Shown here piece after piece: positions 1 to 7,470 of a stretch of DNA of 16,724 bases. The translations under genes were made by a program, and so were the position numbers. The notes under the pieces were generated by a model. It searched no databases, had not been told where the DNA came from, and saw only the letters and a list, made by a program, of their open reading frames with translations. Numbering within the stretch: the first letter of the stretch is position 1; every line of letters begins with the position of its first letter. The stretch comes from Chthoniobacteraceae bacterium (GTDB lineage: Bacteria > Verrucomicrobiota > Verrucomicrobiia > Chthoniobacterales > Chthoniobacteraceae), in NCBI GenBank assembly GCA_031409335.1, contig JANNWY010000045.1:1-16724 (forward strand), read 5' to 3'.

Positions 1-483
1 CCGATTTTCTACGGGCATGCTGCGCAAAGTTTCAACGAGAAGCCCGATCATCCGGGCAACGTCTATTGGTATCAGGCAGTGCGGGCGAACGAGGTTTTCC
101 AAATGCTCGACGGCAAGCAGCGCGCGGCGGCCCTGCGCAACAAGGGTCGCATGGAGCAGGGTAGCGAAACGGTGCGGTTGAAAGGGAAGGGGGCGGAATT
201 GCCGGGCATCGCGCTGGCGGACTTATCGCAGGATCAGCGCGGCCACGTGCGCAAAGTGATGGCGGATCTGCTTGCTCCCTTCCGCAAGGAAGACTCAGAC
301 GAAGCCATCAAGTATATCGAAGCCGCGGGCATCGAGAACCTGCACATGGCATTCTACAAGGATCAGGACATCGGCAACGATGGCGTCTGGGATGTCTGGC
401 AACTGGAAGGTCCAAACATGGTTTGGTATTTCCGCGGCGCCCCGCACGTTCACGTCTGGGTGAATGTGAAGGCGCAGGCTTGA
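1..483 (+). CDS. DUF3500-like protein, C-terminal part (truncated at window start)
   Basis: Frame 1 is open from base 1 (PIFYGHAAQSFNEKPDHPGNVYWYQAVRANEVF...) to TGA at 481-483. It ends ...WQLEGPNMVWYFRGAPHVHVWVNV, resembling the C-terminus of PVC DUF3500 proteins (recalled, not searched). Confidence 0.7.
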   Translation, partial: PIFYGHAAQSFNEKPDHPGNVYWYQAVRANEVFQMLDGKQRAAALRNKGRMEQGSETVRLKGKGAELPGIALADLSQDQRGHVRKVMADLLAPFRKEDSDEAIKYIEAAGIENLHMAFYKDQDIGNDGVWDVWQLEGPNMVWYFRGAPHVHVWVNVKAQA

Positions 484-2229
484 GGCCGGGCGTTGGCGTT
501 TGGCCGCATCGCCGACCGCGGCGCGTGCTTTCGCCAGGCTTTCCCGGGCCAATGAGTCGTCGGGATCGAGCCGCAGCGCGGATTCAAAGTGTGGGATCGC
601 CTCCGCGGCTTTGCCCAGACTCAGCAGCACTGCGCCGAGATTGTTGCATGCCTTGGCGTCGTTCGGGTCGATCTCGATGGCATGGGTGAAGGCGGTTACG
701 GCATCGACGAGTTCGCCGCGTTTCACGAAAAGGGTGCCAAGCGCGTAGTAGGCACGCTGGGTCTTGGGATCGTCAGCGATGGCTTGCCGGAGGTGGGCGA
801 GCGCCTCGTCAATCTTACCCAGCGCATAGAGCGCAACCGCCAACTCTGTCCGGCTTCCCGCATCCTTCGGGTCGCGCTTTAGCAAGGCTTCATTGATGGC
901 CACCTTATCCGCGAGGCCCCATGTGCCGAAGTAGTCGCGCCGCAGGGTTTGCAACTCGGATGGTGTCCTAGTTTCCACCCAAAACCATAGCTCACCCATT
1001 TCATCGACACTCTGCAATCCATACTGAACCCGTTTTGGCGGGTGGTTGGGATTGGCAGGATTGTGCGTGGAATTGTCGTAGGTAAAGCGCATCCTCAGGG
1101 TTGTTCCTCTTGGGAGGGCGACTGGTTTTACGTATCGGTAGTGTCCCTGCCAGTTGAAGTCCCATTGCTTGATATGGATCAACTCCTGACGGGTTCCATC
1201 CGGCAGTTCGGCCCACCCGCGCGCTTCTTTTCCGAGATAGTGCAAATGCGGGGAGAGGCCAATGAGCGTGACGTCGCTGGCCAGTTGGTAGTTGGTAGTT
1301 GGTAGTTGGTAGGAGGCTTCGACGGGATGGCTGGCTTCGCCGGCGGGAATATCAATAGTCGCCGGGCGCAGCAGAAGCACAATGTTGGGACGAGTGAGTG
1401 GCTGGTCGGTAAAATAGAGGCCGATCCGCGGCTGGACCTGCTCTGGTTTTCCAGTGGATCGCAAGTGCAGTTGCAGCACGAGGTCCGAGCGTTTCTTCAA
1501 CGGCCATGCCATCCCTTCGGGAACCTCGACAGGATCGTGGCCCGGCTGCCAACTGACAAATCCGCCGGGAGAGCGCGCGCCGCGGCCCGCGAGCATTCCG
1601 GGGAAACCCGGGAGGGTTTCGAGGGTTTCGAGTCGGCGTGCATCGCCCGATTCATCGACGAGGACGAAGGCGTGATGCACCGCGGCGCTGTTGCCGGGCT
1701 GAAACTCGACCGCCCGCACGAAGCGGTTCGCGGTCGCTTCGTATGCCATCACGAGGTTTCGATAGATGTCCGGTCCATCAGCCGGGAGCGGGAATGCTTT
1801 CGGCGGTGTGACGATGATGTCGGGCGGGCCGAGTTTCCAGTCATTGCGAAAGGTCGGTGGCGGAGGCAGATCGCGTTCGGCACCTTCCTTCATGCCAGTT
1901 TTCACCCACTGCGCGATCGTGGCGATTTGCCCATCGGTGAGTCGGCGCGCGCCGATGAATTCACTGTGGCCCGGCTCCGGCGGCCATGGCGGCATGGCGG
2001 GGACGGCAGTGACCTGGGCGATCGTTTTTGCGTGCTTTTTCGCGTCACGAAATCCGGTCAACGCGAACGGCGCGATGCCGCCGTCGTGATGGCAGCCTGC
2101 GCATTTGCTGAAGAAGATGGGTGCGATGTCACGATTGAAGGTAGGGGCTTCCGCGGCGGTGCTTGGTGGTGCGAGGGCGGTGAGCACGACCACGACAGCG
2201 GGAAGCAAGCAGGTGAATTTCCAGGGCAT
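295..2229 (-). CDS. Exported multidomain protein: cytochrome c-like domain + copper type II (PHM/DBH-like) monooxygenase domain + TPR repeats
   Basis: Likely start is ATG 2229 (MPWKFTCLLPAVVVVLTALAPPSTAA, signal-peptide-like). Motifs: CAGCH heme motif at 2089-2103 plus MPPW; VHH, LQLHL, PHLH and DEM copper-ligand-like motifs; C-terminal TPRs (AYYALG, ACNNLG). The last ~60 codons run antisense over the neighbouring gene. Confidence 0.8.
   Translation of the reverse strand: MPWKFTCLLPAVVVVLTALAPPSTAAEAPTFNRDIAPIFFSKCAGCHHDGGIAPFALTGFRDAKKHAKTIAQVTAVPAMPPWPPEPGHSEFIGARRLTDGQIATIAQWVKTGMKEGAERDLPPPPTFRNDWKLGPPDIIVTPPKAFPLPADGPDIYRNLVMAYEATANRFVRAVEFQPGNSAAVHHAFVLVDESGDARRLETLETLPGFPGMLAGRGARSPGGFVSWQPGHDPVEVPEGMAWPLKKRSDLVLQLHLRSTGKPEQVQPRIGLYFTDQPLTRPNIVLLLRPATIDIPAGEASHPVEASYQLPTTNYQLASDVTLIGLSPHLHYLGKEARGWAELPDGTRQELIHIKQWDFNWQGHYRYVKPVALPRGTTLRMRFTYDNSTHNPANPNHPPKRVQYGLQSVDEMGELWFWVETRTPSELQTLRRDYFGTWGLADKVAINEALLKRDPKDAGSRTELAVALYALGKIDEALAHLRQAIADDPKTQRAYYALGTLFVKRGELVDAVTAFTHAIEIDPNDAKACNNLGAVLLSLGKAAEAIPHFESALRLDPDDSLARESLAKARAAVGDAAKRQRPASSLRLHIHPDVNVRGAAEIPNHVWTFQLPDIPDAIVADVLILVECHVQVLDARGFDILDGFV
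1283..1312. repeat. Perfect heptamer tandem repeat (AGTTGGT)x4 + AG inside the CDS
   Basis: Read directly from the sequence; translates on the - strand as SYQLPTTNYQLA. Confidence 0.95.
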
Positions 2230-2379
2230 GGGTCGGAGGTTCGATGAAGCGGGAATGGGGGACAAATGAAGACGTTTCGGGGAGGAATGTGGCGCACCCC
2301 GCGCGGTTTTCGGACACTATATTTACCTAAAATGCCAAACCCTTCCTCGCTTTAATGCGGGATGCGGGTATAGGGATGC

Positions 2380-2733
2380 ATGAAATCAACATACGGTTTT
2401 TCGCGCAGAGGTCCCGATCGGGTGGCTGAAGAGCTCGCCTCGGTGCTCTCCAGCAAATCTTCATTCGAATTTAAGTCTCTCTTCACTGTCGTGCATGCGA
2501 ACTTGAAGGCGCGCAACGCGGCGGGCGGCGGCGAAGAGATGCTGCGGTTGCGTGCTTATGAAAAACTGCAGGCGCTCGTGCAGGCGGGGATCGTGACGAA
2601 GAAGGGGAAGGAATACAAAGGCGTGGCGAAGGGGCTGGTGACTTTCATCGCGACGGCGAATGAAATGAATGCGGAGTTTGCGGCGCGGAAGTCGAAGCGT
2701 CCGACGGAGACGGAGCCGAGGCACGTGTGGTGA
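2380..2733 (+). CDS. Small basic hypothetical protein (117 aa), possibly winged-helix-like
   Basis: ATG start after an AT-richer intergenic gap; helical Lys/Arg-rich sequence; its stop overlaps the next start (TGATG at 2731-2735). Confidence 0.75.
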   Translation: MKSTYGFSRRGPDRVAEELASVLSSKSSFEFKSLFTVVHANLKARNAAGGGEEMLRLRAYEKLQALVQAGIVTKKGKEYKGVAKGLVTFIATANEMNAEFAARKSKRPTETEPRHVW

Positions 2734-3161
2734 TGAGCGCGGCTGCGCCTGAGATTTCCAAAGCCCTGCTGAAGCTCGCGCGGCAGATCGACTCGAGCTG
2801 GCTGCCGGACTATGTGGCGGTCGAGCCGGGGGAGGAGTGTTTTGCGGACCGTTGCTTTGACAATGTGGCGGGGATGGTGCGTCGGCGCGGTGGGGAAATG
2901 GTGACGGGGTGGAGTCTCCGCGAAGTGCCGACGGCTTTTGTGGAGGGAACTTTTTACGCAGTCTGGCGCGGGCCGGATGGACGCGTGGTGGATGTGACTC
3001 CGCGCACGGACGCGCGGACGAGCATTCTCTTTCAGCCGGACTCAAAAACGCGCTGGGACGGCAACGACATCGAGCCGCGACGGATGATGTTGCACGAGCA
3101 GGCGTGTTATTGCGGCAGCGGGATGCCTTTCAAGATCTGCCACGGGCTGGCGGATGAGTAG
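2733..3161 (+). CDS. SEC-C metal-binding motif protein
   Basis: C-terminal CYCGSGMPFKICHG matches the SEC-C pattern CxCGSGxxxKxC(C/H). ATG 2733 overlaps the upstream TGA. Confidence 0.85.
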   Translation: MSAAAPEISKALLKLARQIDSSWLPDYVAVEPGEECFADRCFDNVAGMVRRRGGEMVTGWSLREVPTAFVEGTFYAVWRGPDGRVVDVTPRTDARTSILFQPDSKTRWDGNDIEPRRMMLHEQACYCGSGMPFKICHGLADE

Positions 3162-3187
3162 CGCGATTCAGCCCGGTAGTTGCGGAG

Positions 3188-3270
3188 TTTGAACCACGAA
3201 GAGCACGAAGGGGAATCACTTCGATTCCGACTGTCTCTTGTTCTTCAACTTCGTGCTCTTTGGGGTTAAA
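3188..3270. repeat. Imperfect ~22-bp inverted repeat built from 9-mer units (REP-like), between convergent genes
   Basis: Left arm TTTGAACCACGAAGAGCACGAAG (3188-3210); right arm CTTCGTGCTCTTTGGGGTTAAA (3249-3270); 12-bp perfect core; 38-nt spacer. Confidence 0.8.
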
Positions 3271-3290
3271 CCCAACCCAGACGCTGCGGC

Positions 3291-4061
<771 letters not shown>

Positions 4062-4073
4062 GGCTTTGGTCCC

Positions 4074-5318
4074 TTATTTGTCGTTGAGCGCAGCGACTCC
4101 GGGGAGCGTTTTGCCTTCGAGCAGTTCCAGCGATGCGCCGCCGCCGGTGGAGGCGTGGGTCACTTTGTCGATGACTCCGAATTTCTTCGCTGCCGTCGCC
4201 GTGTCGCCGCCGCCCACGACGCTGATCGCGCCGCCCGCGGTCGCCGCGGCGATGGCTTCGGCCATGGCTTTGCTGCTGCCTGCAAATGCATCGAACTCGA
4301 ACACGCCGGGAGGCCCGTTCCAGATGATCGTTTTTGCACGACCGATGACCCCGGCAAAAAGCGCGCGGCTCGCCGGGCCGGCGTCGAGGCCTTCCCAGCC
4401 AGCCGGGATGCCTTCCTGCTCGGTCGCGGGTTTCGTGTTTGCGTCGGGCGCAAATTTATCCGCGCAGATGAAATCCACGGGGAGATGAATCTTCACGCCT
4501 TTCGCGGCAGCCTTGTCGAAAAGCTCCTTCGCGATCTCCGCGCCCTTTGCGTCGAACAGGCTGTTCCCGATTTCCATGCCTTCCAGCACTTTTTTGAAAG
4601 TGAACGCCATGCCGCCGCCGATGATGATCTCGTTTGCCTTGTCGAGCAGGTTGTTTATCAGCGGGATCTTGTCCGCGATTTTCGCGCCGCCGAGGATGGC
4701 GAGCAGCGGCCGCGCGGGGTTATCGAGCACGGCGGCAAAGGCTTCGAGTTCCTTTTGCATCAGGAGCCCGGCGGCTTTCACCGGGAGATCGACGCCGACC
4801 ACCGAGGAGTGCGCGCGGTGCGCAGTGCCAAAGGCGTCATTCACATACACATCGCCGAGTTTTGTGAGGCTGGCGCGGAAGGCGGCGACCGCCGCGGGGT
4901 CCGCGGATTTCTTCGTGCCATCCTCCAGCTTCACCTTGCCTTCTTCCTCGATGTGAAAGCGCAAATTCTCCAGCAGGATCACGCCACCCGGCTTCAGCAT
5001 CGCGCAGGCCGCCTCGACTTCCGCGCCGACGCAATCATTGAGAAACTGCACCGGCTGGCCGAGCAACTCCGCGAGCGTGTCCGCGATCGGTTTCAGCGAG
5101 AGCTTTTCGACACGCTGACCGTCCGGCCTGCCGAGATGGCTGGCGAGCACGACCGAGCCGCCCTTTTCCAGAATATGTTTGATCGTTGGCAGCGCCGCGG
5201 CGATGCGCGCGGTGTTGGTGATGGCGCCGGTGGTTTTGTCCTGCGGGACGTTAAAATCGACGCGCACGAAGGCGCGTTTACCGGCGACGTCGATGTCGCG
5301 AAGAGAGAGTTTTGGCAT
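4074..5318 (-). CDS. pgk: Phosphoglycerate kinase
   Basis: Motifs [45 protein letters not shown] and [13 protein letters not shown]; ends 12 bp before the tpiA start. Confidence 0.99.
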   Translation of the reverse strand: MPKLSLRDIDVAGKRAFVRVDFNVPQDKTTGAITNTARIAAALPTIKHILEKGGSVVLASHLGRPDGQRVEKLSLKPIADTLAELLGQPVQFLNDCVGAEVEAACAMLKPGGVILLENLRFHIEEEGKVKLEDGTKKSADPAAVAAFRASLTKLGDVYVNDAFGTAHRAHSSVVGVDLPVKAAGLLMQKELEAFAAVLDNPARPLLAILGGAKIADKIPLINNLLDKANEIIIGGGMAFTFKKVLEGMEIGNSLFDAKGAEIAKELFDKAAAKGVKIHLPVDFICADKFAPDANTKPATEQEGIPAGWEGLDAGPASRALFAGVIGRAKTIIWNGPPGVFEFDAFAGSSKAMAEAIAAATAGGAISVVGGGDTATAAKKFGVIDKVTHASTGGGASLELLEGKTLPGVAALNDK

Positions 5319-5399
5319 GTTGGAAAAGTGAGCGGCAGATGAATCAACGGTGCGGCGGAAAAGACAAGCACTTTGGCCCCTGCCCCTGCTGGAAAACCA

Positions 5400-5864
5400 C
5401 TACTGGCCGCCCATCGCCGCTGCGGCGCGGCGATTCATCTCGTCGGGCGGGATGTCTTCGACGTGGGTCGCGAGCGTCCAGCGGTGGCCAAAGGGATCCT
5501 TCAGCGTCCCGCTGCGATCACCATAAAACTGATCCTTCACGGGTCGCTCCACGGTCCCGCCCGCGGCGATGGCCTGCTCGAAGCGCGCGTCCACATTTTC
5601 CAGGTAGATCATCAGCCAACTCGTCACACCGCCGAGCGTCTCGGGGCTGATCGCGCCCATTTCGGGAAACTCATCCGACATCATCACCCGCGAACCTTCG
5701 ACGATGAATTCCGCGTGTCCGATCTTTCCGTCGGGGGCCTCCATGCGCAGCGCGATGGTCGCGCCAAATGCGCGTTGGTAGAAATCCAGCGCCGCGGCCC
5801 CGTCGTGGACGGTGATGTAGGGCGTCACGGTGTGGTAGCCTTCGGGCAGGTGTCTTGCACTCAT
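5400..5864 (-). CDS. VOC/glyoxalase family protein (PhnB-like)
   Basis: PEGYHTVTPYI, ALDFYQRAFGA, IGHAE and DQFYGDRSGTLKDPFGHRW. The start is taken as ATG 5864 (MSARH), not the 273-aa ORF start. Confidence 0.92.
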   Translation of the reverse strand: MSARHLPEGYHTVTPYITVHDGAAALDFYQRAFGATIALRMEAPDGKIGHAEFIVEGSRVMMSDEFPEMGAISPETLGGVTSWLMIYLENVDARFEQAIAAGGTVERPVKDQFYGDRSGTLKDPFGHRWTLATHVEDIPPDEMNRRAAAAMGGQ

Positions 5865-5871
5865 GCGCAGG

Positions 5872-5900
5872 AGCGTCTGCCTTTCCCACCCGCGTGTCGA
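5872..5900 (-). promoter_or_regulatory. Putative sigma70-like promoter for the VOC gene (near-leaderless transcript)
   Basis: On the - strand: TCGACA, 17-nt spacer, GACGCT, then 7 nt to the ATG. Confidence 0.35.
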
Positions 5901-5905
5901 TTTCA

Positions 5906-6060
5906 GAAAAAATAGAGACGCGCCCGCCGCCGCGATGGGTGGACGGGCGTGTTGAAGATTCTTCCTATTCCTCTTACTGAGGCGGCTGGAGGATAGGCTG
6001 GCCACCAGGGCGGGGAGAGCCATCGATACCCCCTGAGTGCCCTGCCAGCAGGCAGACTTG
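5906..6060 (-). ncRNA. Candidate structured non-coding RNA (family unknown; strand uncertain)
   Basis: Three consecutive hairpins in an intergenic gap with no credible ORF. On the - strand the last hairpin is followed by TCTATTTTTT, and a promoter-like GCGACC-17-CACGCT lies upstream (6061-6089). Confidence 0.45.
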
Positions 6061-6143
6061 AGCGTGGTCGAGCGCACGATCCCGGTCGCATTTCCGGAGT
6101 TTTGCCCGCTCTCCGAGGAGCCCAGAATAGCGCGAAATGGGCG

Positions 6144-6172
6144 TTGACACATTTTTGGACGCCCGCTGATAT
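6144..6172 (+). promoter_or_regulatory. Putative promoter of the oxidoreductase-MFS unit
   Basis: Consensus TTGACA at 6144-6149, 17-nt spacer, weak -10 TGATAT; ~47 nt before ATG 6220. Confidence 0.4.
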
Positions 6173-6219
6173 GACGCCCGCTTCGGCCTGCGGGAAGGGG
6201 CCAGTTTTCATCCTCCTCC

Positions 6220-7347
6220 ATGTCTCAAAAACGAATCAACGTCGCCATCGTCGGGCTCGGTTTTGGCGCCGAATTCATCCCGATCTACCAGCGCCACCCA
6301 CACGCGAATATGTATGCGATCTGCCAGCGGACGGAGGCAAAGCTCCACGCCGTCGGCGATGCCTTCGACATCGATACGCGCTACACGGATTTCAAAGATG
6401 TGCTGAAAGATCCGAACGTCGATCTCGTCCACATCAACTCGCCCATCCCCGATCACGGCTGGCAAACCATCGCTGCGCTAAAGGCTGGCAAAAATGTGGC
6501 CTGCACGGTGCCGATGGCTACGAGCATCGCGGAGTGCAAACAGATCGTCGAACTCGTGAAAAAGACCGGGCTAAAATACATGATGGCCGAGACCGTCGTG
6601 TATGCGCGCGAGTATCTGTTTATGAAAGAGCTGCTCGATGACGGGAAGCTCGGCAAGCTGCAGTTCGTGCAGGCAAGCCATCAGCAGGATATGGATGGCT
6701 GGCCAAACTACTGGCCCGGCCTGCCGCCGATGTGGTACGCCACGCACTGCGTCGGCCCCGTCGCCGGACTCATCGGGCAGTCGGCGGAATACGTGAGCTG
6801 CTTTGGCAGTGGCAGCGTCCGGAAGGAACTCTTCAAGCACTATCAGTCGCCCTTCGCAGTCGAGTCGGCGCACATCAAATTTGCAAAGACCGACGTGAGT
6901 GCGCGGATCATCCGCAGCCTCTTTGACACCGCGCGGCAGTATCGCGAAAGCATCGACGTGTATGGCGACAAGGCATCCGTCGAGTGGCCGCTGGTCGAGC
7001 ATCAGCCGCTTATCATGCACACCGCGAAGCTCCCCGAGCCGAGGATTCCGAAAGAACTGAAGTGCCCGGATTTCGCCAAGCGGCTGCCAAAGCCCATCCA
7101 GCTCTTCACCACCGGCGGAGTCTATGACGGCACCGGCGAAAAGTCGCACCTCAGCTTCACGCAGGGAGCAGGCCACGGCGGCAGCCACCCACACCTCGCC
7201 CACGAAATCATCGACGCCCTCGTCAAAGACCGCGACCCATTCCCCAACGCCAAACAATCTGCCAACTGGACCTGCGTCGGCCTCTGCGCCCACGAATCCG
7301 CGCTGAAAGGCGGAGCGATCGTGAAGCTGCCCGCGTTTTCGGTCTAA
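6220..7347 (+). CDS. Gfo/Idh/MocA family NAD(P)-dependent oxidoreductase
   Basis: N-terminal Rossmann motif VAIVGLGFG; DPNVDLVHINSP...H; ALKAGKNVACTVPMA (variant of the usual EKP motif); YATH. Confidence 0.92.
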   Translation: MSQKRINVAIVGLGFGAEFIPIYQRHPHANMYAICQRTEAKLHAVGDAFDIDTRYTDFKDVLKDPNVDLVHINSPIPDHGWQTIAALKAGKNVACTVPMATSIAECKQIVELVKKTGLKYMMAETVVYAREYLFMKELLDDGKLGKLQFVQASHQQDMDGWPNYWPGLPPMWYATHCVGPVAGLIGQSAEYVSCFGSGSVRKELFKHYQSPFAVESAHIKFAKTDVSARIIRSLFDTARQYRESIDVYGDKASVEWPLVEHQPLIMHTAKLPEPRIPKELKCPDFAKRLPKPIQLFTTGGVYDGTGEKSHLSFTQGAGHGGSHPHLAHEIIDALVKDRDPFPNAKQSANWTCVGLCAHESALKGGAIVKLPAFSV

Positions 7348-7470
7348 GTAATTCCCCTCGCGATCCTACTAGCATCCTAACTCCCTGGCGGGTCTGGCCG
7401 TCTGGACTAGGACTCAAGAGTCGGACTAAACAACACCAACCAACAACCCAAACACCACCCCACCAAATCC

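Noticed and set aside
1306..2247. 313-aa + strand ORF
   Set aside because: Antisense to the motif-rich monooxygenase gene; no family features.
4155..5342. 395-aa + strand ORF (also 3592-4488 and 3432-3911)
   Set aside because: Antisense shadows of pgk and tpiA, expected in high-GC coding DNA; no recognisable motifs.
5906..6120. tRNA, SRP RNA, tmRNA or RNase P RNA
   Set aside because: No cloverleaf or TTCGA arm, no SRP GGAA/AGCAG core, no GAGGAAAGTCC, and too short for tmRNA or RNase P RNA.
5865..6221. 118-aa N-terminal extension of the VOC ORF
   Set aside because: VOC similarity begins at MSARH; the extension crosses hairpins and promoter-like sites and overlaps the divergent start codon.
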